This document shows positions 20,971-31,258 of a stretch of DNA of 64,000 nucleotides, in pieces; positions within the stretch are counted from its first letter, which is position 1; every line of letters begins with the position of its first letter. The translations under genes and the position numbers were made by a program. Under the pieces are notes generated by a model. It saw only the letters and a program-made list of their open reading frames with translations, was not told the DNA's origin and made no database searches. The DNA lies in the NCBI RefSeq assembly GCF_055900595.2, contig NZ_CM148325.1; one strand, written 5' to 3'.

Positions 20971-22449
20971 ATGCACTATCGCAATGTGGTTTGTTTGTTG
21001 TCTTGTTCGTTATTCTTATCCCCGGCATGGGGATGTCGGCTTTCCGCGCCTGAACATAATATTTACCAGAAACAGGGAAAAGGCGTGGTGTACCTGCGCC
21101 CTTATAAAGAAACAAATCTTTCTCTACCTGACGTGAATTACAAGAGTTTGCGTCGTTTACCTAATTTATTAATAGACGCAACAACACAAGATGAATGGAA
21201 TAAAGAACCACCTCTGACTGATCTAACAACTGACAACCTCTATGAGGGCGCACAAGCCTGGTATCCCCATTACTCCTGGCATAGCGATGGTCGCTATATC
21301 CTCTACGCGGGTGAAGTAGTGCAAAATCCTCACGACGCACCACCCGTCGATATCGCCTCATTCAAGGCATGGGGAGATTTTGCCGCGGATAAACACAGTC
21401 TCTATTTTGAAGGCAAGCGCACCGATAACAATGGCGGGGGAAATAGCTTAGATATCAAAACACTGCATCAGGTGGAATTCCGGCCTCCCTGGGATCCTGA
21501 CTTACTGGGGCTGATATTACGTGACGCTAATTTCTTGTATATCAATGGGCATCGCCTCGCAGATCCCGATAGTTTCCGTGTGCTGGCACAAAAGTCATGG
21601 GATCAGCGAGGAAAGTTTTCTACCGCGTTTAATCCCTGTGTGGCTATGCCATTTGGCCCCTGGGATACCCTGGCTCGTACACGGACCAAAATCCTGATCA
21701 ACGGCGAACAGCTTGATGCCGACCCGGACACCTTTTCCGTCGTGCGCTGGATGCCCGGCTCACTCTTGACCTGGCGTGATAAAAACGGGCTACAGCGTAA
21801 AGTCCTCGACAAGGAAAATCTGGCGTGGGATGAAGATTTAACAAAGCACTGTCTGGATTTTTCTCTGCTGGAAAAGAAAGTGTTCTGGCGTAAAGGGCCT
21901 GCTTGTAAACAGGAAGAATTACCGGGGCTCGATCCTGAACAGTTCCACCCCATCAGTGATGCTGTCGCCCAGTATCAGGATTCGCTTTATACCATCATCG
22001 AAACAGAGTCTGGTGACCGCAAGCTGGAGATCGTAAAACTTGATGATCCCAATCTTATTATCAACAAACGTTTCAACGCCGGGAAACGCCATGGCTATTT
22101 ACTTACGCGTGCCGAAGGGTGGCCAAACCATTCCGGTTTACACGTGTTTGAATCTGACGGACCGCTGATCTTACTGGATAACCACTCTCCGGATGAACGC
22201 GAAGCCCATCTTGATGACCATCCCTTTTTGCGCAGATGGTATGCCCGCGATAACCGCTACGTTTACAGCTTTGATGGCGCGCAGCTCTGGCGATACCGCA
22301 CTGCGGATCCGAAACAAGTTCGCTTAATCTGGAAGGAACAACATTCGGGATATGGCTACGGGGTAAATTACAAAACGGGATATCTGGACGGAAAAATTAC
22401 CGATGACGGCGAATTTATTCCTGCCCCGCGCAATGAGGCGACAAAATGA
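20971..22449 (+). CDS. Secreted protein with DKNYY-like repeats (paralogue 1); function unknown
   Basis: Track ORF 20941..22449 trimmed to the ATG at 20971, with AGGA 7 nt upstream. Hydrophobic signal-like N-terminus MHYRNVVCLLSCSLFLSPAWGC. Recurrent motifs DKHSLYFEGKR, DANFLYINGHRLADPDSF and DNRYVYSFDG. Family assignment is by motif recall, not a database search. The segment looks AT-richer than its flanks by eye. Confidence 0.75.
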   Translation: MHYRNVVCLLSCSLFLSPAWGCRLSAPEHNIYQKQGKGVVYLRPYKETNLSLPDVNYKSLRRLPNLLIDATTQDEWNKEPPLTDLTTDNLYEGAQAWYPHYSWHSDGRYILYAGEVVQNPHDAPPVDIASFKAWGDFAADKHSLYFEGKRTDNNGGGNSLDIKTLHQVEFRPPWDPDLLGLILRDANFLYINGHRLADPDSFRVLAQKSWDQRGKFSTAFNPCVAMPFGPWDTLARTRTKILINGEQLDADPDTFSVVRWMPGSLLTWRDKNGLQRKVLDKENLAWDEDLTKHCLDFSLLEKKVFWRKGPACKQEELPGLDPEQFHPISDAVAQYQDSLYTIIETESGDRKLEIVKLDDPNLIINKRFNAGKRHGYLLTRAEGWPNHSGLHVFESDGPLILLDNHSPDEREAHLDDHPFLRRWYARDNRYVYSFDGAQLWRYRTADPKQVRLIWKEQHSGYGYGVNYKTGYLDGKITDDGEFIPAPRNEATK

Positions 22450-23774
22450 AAGGTCAAATAATCACTGTTGCACTCATCCTGTTGGGGCACATATTTCTGA
22501 CGCCTGCTGTACAGGCCATAGGGTTCGACTATTACAATGATCACGGTGTTATGTCTTACGGTAAAGGTTATGGGGAGGATGAGAAAATCATTGCCCAATT
22601 TCCGAAGATGAACAGAGCCGATTTACGCCTTGTGACAAATATATCCAGGGAGCGGGAGTTGGTGGAAGGCTATATACCCACCGATGAAATAAGCATAAAA
22701 AATGAGGAATACCACTGGGTGACAGACGGCCGCGTTATTCTCTGGCGTGGCAAAATCGTTAGCAATCCACCGGGAACACCCACTGTCGATATTGCCAGCT
22801 TTCAGGCTATGGGCCGCTTCGCGGTCGATAAATATAGCCTCTATTTTGACGGACAGCGCACCGAAAGTAATAGCGGCGCGTCACGTGTTGATCTGGCGAC
22901 ACTAAAAGCTATCGAAGGTAACTCTACCACGCTGGTGGATAGTAAAAATCTCTATTTGTCCGGTCGACGTCAGGGGAGCAGCAGTAATGTTACTGTATTA
23001 GAAAAAAGATGGTGGGGTATTAATCCACGTCTTATGAGTGTAAACAGAAATTTGTATTCCAATGATCTGCTTATCCGCAGTGGGCAGAATATTTATTTAA
23101 ATGGCGTTCACCTTACGGCGAATGCAGACTCATTTGAGATAATTCGCTGGATACCTCATTCACTGCTGGTTTTTCGCGACAATAAGGGTATGCATCGTTA
23201 TCCCTTTGGGCAATTGTCTGGCAAAGCGATACCCGTAGATGATGACGTCTCTTTTGAAGTAGGGGAAAGTCGCGTTCGCTGGCGTAAACAGCTCACGTCC
23301 GACCGTCAGTGGAGCCAGTGGATAGACCTACCAGGTATTGAACCTGAACAATTTCATCTGATTACTGACAATATTGCGCAGTATAAAGATCGGCTGTATG
23401 TAACAAAATTATCGACTTTTGGTGAAGACCAGCTTGAAATAATCCCGCTGGATTTGCCAGACCTGGTCATTGATCACTCATTTAATCGCGGCAAACAGCA
23501 TGCTTACTTTATCCACCAATTACGGTCACGCAAGAGCGTGCAAATTATTCCAGTTAACGGCCCGCTAACTAAAAACGATCGCTTTGCTTATGACGATCGC
23601 AATGTTTATACATGGACCGATACAGAGGTAAGGATTACACCCTCCCCCTGCCCAGCGAAAACATACGTCAGAGAAAAGAATGTCCGTGAAATTCATAATA
23701 GCGACATTATTATTCCGGTGACGGAGGAATCGTGCCGGAACGCAGCAGCAGACGGGCAAACTTTGAAGCCCTGA
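22446..23774 (+). CDS. Secreted protein with DKNYY-like repeats (paralogue 2); function unknown
   Basis: 442-aa ORF whose ATG overlaps the stop of the upstream gene (ATGA at 22446-22449), with GAGG 8 nt upstream. Sec-type signal MKGQIITVALILLGHIFLTPAVQA. Alignable blocks shared with paralogue 1: W.SDGR.IL..G..V.NP...P.VDIASF.A.G.FA.DK.SLYF.G.RT and G..PEQFH.I.D..AQY.D.LY. Confidence 0.75.
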   Translation: MKGQIITVALILLGHIFLTPAVQAIGFDYYNDHGVMSYGKGYGEDEKIIAQFPKMNRADLRLVTNISRERELVEGYIPTDEISIKNEEYHWVTDGRVILWRGKIVSNPPGTPTVDIASFQAMGRFAVDKYSLYFDGQRTESNSGASRVDLATLKAIEGNSTTLVDSKNLYLSGRRQGSSSNVTVLEKRWWGINPRLMSVNRNLYSNDLLIRSGQNIYLNGVHLTANADSFEIIRWIPHSLLVFRDNKGMHRYPFGQLSGKAIPVDDDVSFEVGESRVRWRKQLTSDRQWSQWIDLPGIEPEQFHLITDNIAQYKDRLYVTKLSTFGEDQLEIIPLDLPDLVIDHSFNRGKQHAYFIHQLRSRKSVQIIPVNGPLTKNDRFAYDDRNVYTWTDTEVRITPSPCPAKTYVREKNVREIHNSDIIIPVTEESCRNAAADGQTLKP

Positions 23775-23821
23775 CACCATGCCGCTATACTGCCGCCATC
23801 ACCTAAAAACAGGAAACAACA

Positions 23822-24142
23822 ATGAACGACAGTGAATTTCATCGCCTGGCCGATACCCTGTGGCTGACCATTGAAGAACGTCTGGATGACTGGGATGGCG
23901 ACAGCGATATCGACTGCGAAATCAACGGCGGTGTGCTGACCATTACCTTTGAAAATGGCAGCAAAATCATTATCAACCGTCAGGAACCGCTGCACCAGGT
24001 TTGGCTGGCAACCAAACAGGGCGGCTACCATTTTGATCTGAAAGGCGACGAATGGATTTGCGACCGTAGCGGCGAAACCTTCTGGGATTTGCTGGAACAG
24101 GCGGCAACGCAGCAAGCGGGTGAAACAGTCAGTTTCCGCTAA
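23822..24142 (+). CDS. cyaY: Frataxin homologue CyaY (iron–sulphur cluster assembly)
   Basis: 106-aa [66 protein letters not shown]..., matching CyaY; convergent with cyaA. Confidence 0.95.
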   Translation: MNDSEFHRLADTLWLTIEERLDDWDGDSDIDCEINGGVLTITFENGSKIIINRQEPLHQVWLATKQGGYHFDLKGDEWICDRSGETFWDLLEQAATQQAGETVSFR

Positions 24143-24181
24143 GATTGCATGCCGGATAAGCCTCGCTTTCCGGCACGCTCA

Positions 24182-26728
24182 TCACGAAAAATACTGCTGT
24201 AATAGCGGCGTGTCGTGATCCTGATTGGCAGGCGGCATGTTGCCGATAGATTTGGTGCGGAACGGAATCACCTGTTCACGACCATCAACCTTCACAATTT
24301 GATAGAACTGCGGCAGGTTGAAGTTGATGAAGCTTGAGCCGTAGGTGAAACGGTCGTGCGAAGACGAGTAGAAGCGACTGACGTCACGCACCAGTTCCTC
24401 TTTGCTGCCTTCGCAGTGGTGATACACCTCAACCCGGTTGCTTTCGTCGAGAATGTAGATATTAAAGCCATTCTCGTCTTGCGTTTCTTCGAAGAAGAAC
24501 TGGATGATCCCTTCGCTGGCAAAGCCGTCCACCACCGCCGGTAATTTGACGTGATTGGTTTCAACCTGCACTGACAGGCCGTGCAGTTTGTTATGCGAAA
24601 TAGCGCCATAAAACTCGATGGCATTTTCCAGTTTCTGTACCGATACATTCAGGCGTTCGAAGAATAAGCCCCAAGTTTGACCAGAAACGCGCAGCGCCTT
24701 GAAGCGCCCGGTTTCCTGGCGGGTGCTGGAAAGACGCAGTTCAATGCACTCAGAAACCAGTTGCTGCACGCGAGTACGGATTAAGCCGCGCAGATGCTGG
24801 CTGTAGCAGAAGACTTCCACGCTATCTGGCGGTGCGGCGTCCTGATGCATTTTGCCGAGAATGGTTTTCAGGGCTTCGATCATCGACTGCTCGCCGTTGA
24901 AGTGCAGCGTACGCACTTCGTTCCACGAGTTGCGGTACAGCAGGTCAACGCTACCTACCAGGCAATTTTGGTTTTCGCCAAAGCTGAAGACGTCCAGCTT
25001 ACGGAAATCAAAATGCACCACCTGATTGCGGAACGCAGCTGTCGGGTCATATTCCAGGTTAACGATAATCGCCAGATGGCGAATTTCACACGGGCTGTAG
25101 AGCGCTTTTGGCGTCGGTGCAGGCAGGCGCAGCGGGAAATGGTGCGACACATCGGCGACCATCTCCTGCAACTTAGGCAAATCGACAATGCCGTTGCCTT
25201 TAATATACAAGCGGGTGCGCGAGGTCAGCAGGCCGTTAAACCATGCCCACGCCACCAGTTTATTCAGGTAACGGTTATATTCCAGCGGCTGATGGCTGAT
25301 GATCGACTCAATATTTGGCGCGCGGTTATACAGATACCAACCTGAACGGTTAGCCCGGCCCGGCGGCACATAAATAAAGGTCAGATTCGGTTCCGAGAGA
25401 TCGGGCGAAATCTGCGGGTTTACCAGCGTCACTTTACCTGGCAATGCTTCAAACGCGGCGTACAGTTTACGCGTCAGAACACCGATATCCTGTGGGCTGG
25501 CGGAGACGCTAAGGTTATTGCGACGCGCAAAGCGGATCAGATTACGGTAGCTCTGCATCATTGCATCGAGCAGCTCGTTGTGCGCCTCACGCACCTGATC
25601 AATCTTCCAGTTAGCGCGGTTATCGAGCATTGCAAGACGACCATCGTCCCATTCCCACTCTTTCACTAACTGGGTTAGCACTTCACGACGCCAGCCTACA
25701 CAGGCGCGTTCACGGCTGAGTTTTTCGCACACTTTTAAATAGAAGCAGCGACGCACTAAATCCAGACGGGTGAAATCTTCAATCGCCGTCAGGTATTCAG
25801 TAACACGCTCCAGCATCATGCAGTACGGATCGAGACCAAACGATACAATCTCGCCGTCGTGCAAACGCTGTTTGATATCTTTCGCCAGCAGACGTGGGTT
25901 CGGGTATTCCCAGGAATAGGCTTCCAGCAGCAGTGTTTTCAGTACCGCTTTGTATGGGGAATCGATACTCTTGTAGAGCTGCCAAAGGCTGGCACCAAAG
26001 TACTCTTCAGCAGAAAGCGAGCTTAAGCCACCGAGATCCAGCCATTCATTTGGCGTCAGCACGCCCTGCGCGTAAAGCGTCATCACATAGTCATCGTAAT
26101 GCTCTTCTTCGTCACACGGCACCATATTCCACAGAATACGCTTACCGGCGAGACGCACGGCGGTACGATAAAATTCGTCAAGCAGCAGTATATGCTGGGT
26201 GGAGCCACAATCTTCGCCCCCCAGGCTGCCGCTTTCATTATGACGGAAGCGATTTTCATCAATCAGGAAGAAGCTAACTTCCACGCCCAGCGAGGCGGCC
26301 CAGCTTTCCAGCAGGCTGCATTTACGTTGTAGTAACTGGCGCTCTTCGCTATCAAGCCAGGATTGATGACAGACCCAGATATCCAGGTCAGAGGAACAAC
26401 TTTGCCCTACGGACGAGGTGCTGCCCATGGTGTATACACCAGTAATTGGAAGCTCACCTTTCGGCGGATCCTGTACTGACATTCCACGATACAGTTCAAG
26501 CTCGTTCAGGTAGTGGCGTTGAGTTTCATCAGGCGTGTAAAGGCAAATGCCTTTGGGAACGTTACCATCAAGGTAACCCGGCATTAGCGGATGGTGATAG
26601 TGCAACAATGTCGGCAGTAGACTGTAGACCTGTTGGAATGCAGGCCCCATAGCAGCAAGCGCGCGATCCACGCGCAATTGATTTATGGCATCCAGTCTCT
26701 GTTTCAGAGTCTCAATATAGAGGTACAA
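24182..26728 (-). CDS. cyaA: Adenylate cyclase (class I)
   Basis: 848-aa [50 protein letters not shown]..., starting at a TTG (plus 'caa' at 26726-26728), consistent with the known UUG start of E. coli cyaA. Confidence 0.95.
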   Translation of the reverse strand: MYLYIETLKQRLDAINQLRVDRALAAMGPAFQQVYSLLPTLLHYHHPLMPGYLDGNVPKGICLYTPDETQRHYLNELELYRGMSVQDPPKGELPITGVYTMGSTSSVGQSCSSDLDIWVCHQSWLDSEERQLLQRKCSLLESWAASLGVEVSFFLIDENRFRHNESGSLGGEDCGSTQHILLLDEFYRTAVRLAGKRILWNMVPCDEEEHYDDYVMTLYAQGVLTPNEWLDLGGLSSLSAEEYFGASLWQLYKSIDSPYKAVLKTLLLEAYSWEYPNPRLLAKDIKQRLHDGEIVSFGLDPYCMMLERVTEYLTAIEDFTRLDLVRRCFYLKVCEKLSRERACVGWRREVLTQLVKEWEWDDGRLAMLDNRANWKIDQVREAHNELLDAMMQSYRNLIRFARRNNLSVSASPQDIGVLTRKLYAAFEALPGKVTLVNPQISPDLSEPNLTFIYVPPGRANRSGWYLYNRAPNIESIISHQPLEYNRYLNKLVAWAWFNGLLTSRTRLYIKGNGIVDLPKLQEMVADVSHHFPLRLPAPTPKALYSPCEIRHLAIIVNLEYDPTAAFRNQVVHFDFRKLDVFSFGENQNCLVGSVDLLYRNSWNEVRTLHFNGEQSMIEALKTILGKMHQDAAPPDSVEVFCYSQHLRGLIRTRVQQLVSECIELRLSSTRQETGRFKALRVSGQTWGLFFERLNVSVQKLENAIEFYGAISHNKLHGLSVQVETNHVKLPAVVDGFASEGIIQFFFEETQDENGFNIYILDESNRVEVYHHCEGSKEELVRDVSRFYSSSHDRFTYGSSFINFNLPQFYQIVKVDGREQVIPFRTKSIGNMPPANQDHDTPLLQQYFS

Positions 26729-26879
26729 GACGTATCGCCTGATTTGCTACCCGTCATGACTGTGATTCCGCCAACATCAACGGTAACACGCGGCATTCGG
26801 GATATTTCGTATGTCAAAGGTAACCGTTACCACTTTTCGCGCCTGGTTTTTTTAGTTTCACGACGAAAAAATGGTCTAA

Positions 26880-26899
26880 AACGTGATCAATTTAACACC
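26880..26899. promoter_or_regulatory. Candidate CRP-cAMP site in the cyaA–hemC divergent promoter region
   Basis: AACGTGATCAATTTAACACC resembles the TGTGA-N6-TCACA consensus (GTGA-N6-TAACA). cyaA is known to be CRP-repressed, but the exact site was not verified. Confidence 0.4.
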
Positions 26900-27114
26900 T
26901 TGCTGATTGACCGTAAAGAAAGATGCGCTACATACAAGTGTAGCACCGTTTATTCTCTGTAAATTCCTTATTACGACGGCGTGAAACGCCTGTCAGGATC
27001 CACTGCCAGACCTCATTTTACGGTTTGCGCAGGCGTCTACGTTTCACCACAACACTGACATCGCTCTGGCAAGGATGTTAGGATGGACCACGGATGATAA
27101 TGACGGTAACAAGC

Positions 27115-28056
27115 ATGTTAGACAATGTTTTAAGAATTGCCACACGCCAAAGCCCACTTGCACTCTGGCAGGCACACTATGTCAAAGACAAGTTAATGGC
27201 GAGCCATCCGGGTCTGGTCGTTGAACTGGTACCGATGGTGACGCGCGGCGATGTGATTCTTGATACGCCGCTGGCGAAAGTAGGCGGAAAAGGTTTATTT
27301 GTTAAAGAGCTGGAAGTCGCGCTCCTGGAGAATCGCGCCGATATCGCCGTACATTCAATGAAAGATGTGCCGGTTGAATTCCCGCAAGGTCTGGGGCTGG
27401 TCACCATTTGCGAGCGTGAAGATCCTCGCGATGCCTTTGTGTCCAATAACTATGACAGTCTGGATGCGTTACCTGCAGGCAGTATCGTCGGGACGTCCAG
27501 TTTACGTCGCCAGTGCCAACTGGCTGAACGCCGCCCGGATCTGATTATCCGCTCCCTGCGCGGCAACGTCGGCACTCGCCTGAGCAAACTGGATAACGGC
27601 GAATACGATGCCATCATTCTTGCCGTAGCCGGACTAAAACGTTTAGGTCTGGAGTCACGCATTCGCGCCGCGTTGCCACCCGAGATTTCTCTTCCGGCGG
27701 TAGGACAAGGTGCGGTCGGTATTGAATGCCGCCTTAATGATACTCGCACTCGCGAGCTGCTTGCCGCGCTGAATCACCACGAAACTGCACTGCGTGTTAC
27801 CGCAGAACGCGCCATGAATACCCGTCTCGAAGGCGGATGTCAGGTGCCAATTGGTAGCTACGCCGAGCTTATTGATGGCGAAATCTGGCTGCGTGCGCTG
27901 GTCGGCGCGCCGGACGGTTCGCAGATTATTCGCGGTGAACGCCGCGGTGCGCCGCAAGATGCCGAACAAATGGGGATTTCGCTGGCAGAAGAGCTACTGA
28001 ATAACGGCGCGCGCGAGATCCTTGCTGAAGTCTATAACGGAGACGCCCCGGCATGA
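27115..28056 (+). CDS. hemC: Porphobilinogen deaminase (hydroxymethylbilane synthase)
   Basis: Track ORF trimmed to the ATG at 27115 ([27 protein letters not shown]..., 313 aa), the first gene of hemCDXY. Confidence 0.95.
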   Translation: MLDNVLRIATRQSPLALWQAHYVKDKLMASHPGLVVELVPMVTRGDVILDTPLAKVGGKGLFVKELEVALLENRADIAVHSMKDVPVEFPQGLGLVTICEREDPRDAFVSNNYDSLDALPAGSIVGTSSLRRQCQLAERRPDLIIRSLRGNVGTRLSKLDNGEYDAIILAVAGLKRLGLESRIRAALPPEISLPAVGQGAVGIECRLNDTRTRELLAALNHHETALRVTAERAMNTRLEGGCQVPIGSYAELIDGEIWLRALVGAPDGSQIIRGERRGAPQDAEQMGISLAEELLNNGAREILAEVYNGDAPA

Positions 28057-28793
28057 GTATCCTGGTCACCCGCCCGTCTCCCGCTGGAGAAGAGTTAGTG
28101 AGCCGTCTGCGCACACTGGGGCAGGTGGCCTGGCATTTTCCGCTGATTAAGTTTTCTCCGGGTCGACAATTACCGCAACTTGCTGATCAACTGGCAGCGC
28201 TGGGGGAGAGGGATCTGTTGTTTGCCCTCTCGCAACACGCGGTTGCTTTTGCCCAATCACAGCTGCATCAGCAAGATCGTAAATGGCCCCGACTACCTGA
28301 TTATTTTGCCATTGGACGGACCACCGCACTGGCGCTACATACCGTAAGCGGACAGAAGATTCTCTACCCGCAGGATCGGGAAATCAGCGAAGTCTTGCTA
28401 CAATTACCTGAATTACAAAATATTGCGGGCAAACGTGCGTTGATATTGCGTGGCAATGGCGGTCGTGAGCTGATTGGGGATACCCTGACGGCGCGCGGTG
28501 CTGAGGTCACTTTTTGTGAATGTTATCAACGATGCGCAATCCATTACGATGGTGCAGAAGAAGCGATGCGCTGGCAATCCCGCGAGGTGACGACGGTCGT
28601 TGTTACCAGCGGTGAAATGTTGCAGCAACTCTGGTCGCTGATCCCACAATGGTATCGTGAGCACTGGTTACTACGCTGTCGACTATTGGTCGTCAGTGAG
28701 CGTTTGGCGAAACTCGCCCGGGAACTGGGCTGGCAAGACATTAAGGTCGCCGATAACGCTGACAACGATGCGCTTTTACGGGCATTACAATAA
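28053..28793 (+). CDS. hemD: Uroporphyrinogen-III synthase
   Basis: 246-aa [35 protein letters not shown]...; its start overlaps the hemC stop (ATGA). Confidence 0.95.
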   Translation: MSILVTRPSPAGEELVSRLRTLGQVAWHFPLIKFSPGRQLPQLADQLAALGERDLLFALSQHAVAFAQSQLHQQDRKWPRLPDYFAIGRTTALALHTVSGQKILYPQDREISEVLLQLPELQNIAGKRALILRGNGGRELIGDTLTARGAEVTFCECYQRCAIHYDGAEEAMRWQSREVTTVVVTSGEMLQQLWSLIPQWYREHWLLRCRLLVVSERLAKLARELGWQDIKVADNADNDALLRALQ

Positions 28794-28814
28794 CTCTCAT
28801 AACAGGAAGCCATA

Positions 28815-30020
28815 ATGACGGAACAAGAAAAAACCTCCGCCGTGGTTGAAGAGACCAGGGAGGCCGTGGACACCACGTCACAACCTGTCGCAACAGAAAA
28901 AAAGAGTAAGAACAATACCGCATTGATTCTCAGCGCGGTGGCTATCGCTATTGCTCTGGCGGCGGGCGTCGGTTTGTATGGCTGGGGTAAACAACAGGCC
29001 GTCAATCAGACTGCCACCAGCGATGCCCTGGCTAACCAACTTACGGCACTGCAAAAAGCCCAGGAGAGCCAAAAAGCCGAGCTGGAAGGCATTATCAAGC
29101 AACAAGCTGTACAGCTTGAGCAAGCGAATCGTCAGCAAGAAACGCTGGCAAAACAGCTGGATGAAGTCCAACAAAAGGTCGCGACTATTTCCGGCAGCGA
29201 TGCTAAAACCTGGCTGCTGGCTCAGGCTGATTTCCTGGTGAAACTCGCCGGAAGGAAGCTGTGGAGCGATCAGGACGTCACGACCGCTGCAGCGTTGCTG
29301 AAAAGTGCAGATGCCAGCCTGGCGGATATGAATGACCCGAGTCTGATTACCGTTCGTCGGGCAATTACCGATGATATCGCCAGCCTTTCTGCGGTATCGC
29401 AGGTGGATTATGACGGCATCATCCTTAAGCTGAACCAGCTTTCTAATCAGGTAGATAACCTGCGTCTGGCCGATAATGACAGCGATGGTTCACCAATGGA
29501 TTCCGACGGTGAAGAGCTTTCCAGTTCCCTCAGCGAATGGCGTATCAATCTACAAAAAAGCTGGCAGAACTTTATGGACAACTTCATTACGATTCGCCGT
29601 CGTGATGACACCGCCGTACCACTGTTAGCACCGAATCAGGATATCTATCTGCGCGAAAATATTCGCTCCCGCCTGCTGGTCGCGGCACAAGCCGTACCGC
29701 GTCATCAGGAAGAGACTTACCGCCAGGCGCTGGAGAATGTCTCCACCTGGGTACGTGCTTACTACGATACTGATGATGCCACCACCAAAGCGTTCCTCGA
29801 CGAGGTGGACCAGTTAAGTCAGCAAAATATCTCGATGGATCTCCCGGAAACCCTGCAAAGCCAGGCGATGCTGGAAAAACTGATGCAGACCCGCGTGCGT
29901 AACCTGCTGGCACAACCGGCAGCAGGGACAACGGAAGCTAAACCTGCACCTGCACCTGCACCTGCACCTGCACCTGCACCGCAAGCTGATACTCCGGCAG
30001 CCGCGCCGCAAGGAGAATAA
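28815..30020 (+). CDS. hemX: HemX (membrane-anchored, coiled-coil and PA-repeat protein; putative uroporphyrinogen-III C-methyltransferase)
   Basis: 401-aa [28 protein letters not shown]... with a transmembrane segment ([22 protein letters not shown]), a Q-rich coiled-coil and a C-terminal (PA)n tract. Confidence 0.9.
   Translation: MTEQEKTSAVVEETREAVDTTSQPVATEKKSKNNTALILSAVAIAIALAAGVGLYGWGKQQAVNQTATSDALANQLTALQKAQESQKAELEGIIKQQAVQLEQANRQQETLAKQLDEVQQKVATISGSDAKTWLLAQADFLVKLAGRKLWSDQDVTTAAALLKSADASLADMNDPSLITVRRAITDDIASLSAVSQVDYDGIILKLNQLSNQVDNLRLADNDSDGSPMDSDGEELSSSLSEWRINLQKSWQNFMDNFITIRRRDDTAVPLLAPNQDIYLRENIRSRLLVAAQAVPRHQEETYRQALENVSTWVRAYYDTDDATTKAFLDEVDQLSQQNISMDLPETLQSQAMLEKLMQTRVRNLLAQPAAGTTEAKPAPAPAPAPAPAPQADTPAAAPQGE
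29942..29971 (+). repeat. Hexanucleotide tandem repeat (ACCTGC)x5 inside the hemX 3' end, encoding (Pro-Ala)n
   Basis: Five perfect tandem copies, ACCTGCACCTGCACCTGCACCTGCACCTGC, translating to [10 protein letters not shown]. Confidence 0.9.
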
Positions 30021-30022
30021 CC

Positions 30023-31219
30023 ATGCTAAAAGTGTTATTGCTCTTTGTGTTGCTGATTGCGGGGATCGTGGTCGGCCCGATGATTGCCGGTCATCAGGGG
30101 TACGTGCTGATCCAGACCGATACCTACAATATCGAAACCAGCGTCACGGGCCTGGCGATCATTTTGATTCTGGCGATGGTAGTGCTGTTTGCCATTGAGT
30201 GGCTACTGCGGCGGATCTTCCGCACAGGCGCACACACCCGTGGGTGGTTTGTCGGACGTAAGCGTCGCCGTGCCCGTAAGCAGACCGAACAGGCGCTGCT
30301 GAAACTAGCGGAAGGCGATTATCAGCAAGTTGAAAAGCTGATGGCGAAAAATGCCGATCACGCTGAACAACCGGTGGTGAACTATCTGCTGGCTGCCGAA
30401 GCCGCGCAACAACGCGGTGATGAAGCACGCGCCAACCAACATCTGGAACGCGCAGCGGAGCTGGCCGGCAACGACACAATTCCGGTAGAAATCACCCGTG
30501 TACGTCTGCAACTGGCCCGTAATGAAAACCATGCAGCACGTCACGGCGTTGATAAGCTGCTGGAAGTTACGCCACGCCATCCGGAAGTATTACGTCTGGC
30601 GGAACAGGCGTATATCCGCACCGGTGCATGGAGTTCGCTGCTGGATATCATCCCATCAATGGCAAAAGCCCACGTTGGCGATGAAGAGCATCGTGCAATG
30701 CTGGAACAACAGGCATGGATTGGCCTGATGGATCAGGCGCGTGCCGATAACGGTAGCGAAGGTTTGCGTAACTGGTGGAAAAACCAAAGCCGGAAAACGC
30801 GTCATCAGGTGGCGTTACAGGTGGCAATGGCGGAACATCTTATTGAATGTGACGATCATGATACTGCCCAGCAAATTATCATCGACGGCCTGAAACGCCA
30901 GTATGACGATCGCCTGCTGCTGCCGATCCCGCGTCTGAAAACCAATAACCCGGAACAGCTGGAAAAAGTGCTGCGCCAACAGATCAAAAACGTGGGCGAT
31001 CGCCCGTTGTTGTGGAGCACACTGGGTCAGTCGCTGATGAAGCACGGCGAATGGCAGGAAGCATCGCTCGCCTTCCGCGCGGCGCTGAAACAACGTCCGG
31101 ACGCCTACGATTACGCATGGCTTGCCGACGCGCTGGACAGACTGCACAAGCCGGAAGAAGCCGCAGCGATGCGTCGCGATGGCTTGATGCTAACCTTACA
31201 GAATAACCCGTCACAGTAA
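30023..31219 (+). CDS. hemY: HemY (TPR-containing inner-membrane protein of the hem operon)
   Basis: 398-aa ORF MLKVLLLFVLLIAGIVVGPMIAGHQGYVLIQTDTYNIETSVTGLAIILILAMVVLFAIEW..., the last gene of hemCDXY. Confidence 0.95.
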   Translation: MLKVLLLFVLLIAGIVVGPMIAGHQGYVLIQTDTYNIETSVTGLAIILILAMVVLFAIEWLLRRIFRTGAHTRGWFVGRKRRRARKQTEQALLKLAEGDYQQVEKLMAKNADHAEQPVVNYLLAAEAAQQRGDEARANQHLERAAELAGNDTIPVEITRVRLQLARNENHAARHGVDKLLEVTPRHPEVLRLAEQAYIRTGAWSSLLDIIPSMAKAHVGDEEHRAMLEQQAWIGLMDQARADNGSEGLRNWWKNQSRKTRHQVALQVAMAEHLIECDDHDTAQQIIIDGLKRQYDDRLLLPIPRLKTNNPEQLEKVLRQQIKNVGDRPLLWSTLGQSLMKHGEWQEASLAFRAALKQRPDAYDYAWLADALDRLHKPEEAAAMRRDGLMLTLQNNPSQ

Positions 31220-31222
31220 TCT

Positions 31223-31252
31223 ATATCGCCTCGTTCAGAGGCGATATTTTTT
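31223..31252 (+). terminator. Rho-independent terminator of the hem operon
   Basis: ATATCGCCTC–GTTCA–GAGGCGATAT hairpin followed by TTTTT, starting 4 nt after the hemY stop. Confidence 0.7.
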
Positions 31253-31258
31253 ACCAGG

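Noticed and set aside
19561-23774. IS629 plus the two DKNYY-like genes as a composite transposon
   Set aside because: Only one IS copy is present in the window, and its 3-bp target duplication immediately flanks the IS itself; this indicates a simple IS insertion next to, not mobilising, the two genes.
24794-25345. 183-aa plus-strand ORF and several other plus-strand ORFs in 24292-26652
   Set aside because: All lie inside the cyaA coding region on the opposite strand; cyaA is confidently identified.
29942-29971. Possible CRISPR-like repeat
   Set aside because: Simple in-frame hexanucleotide microsatellite inside hemX with no spacers and no cas genes; not a CRISPR array.
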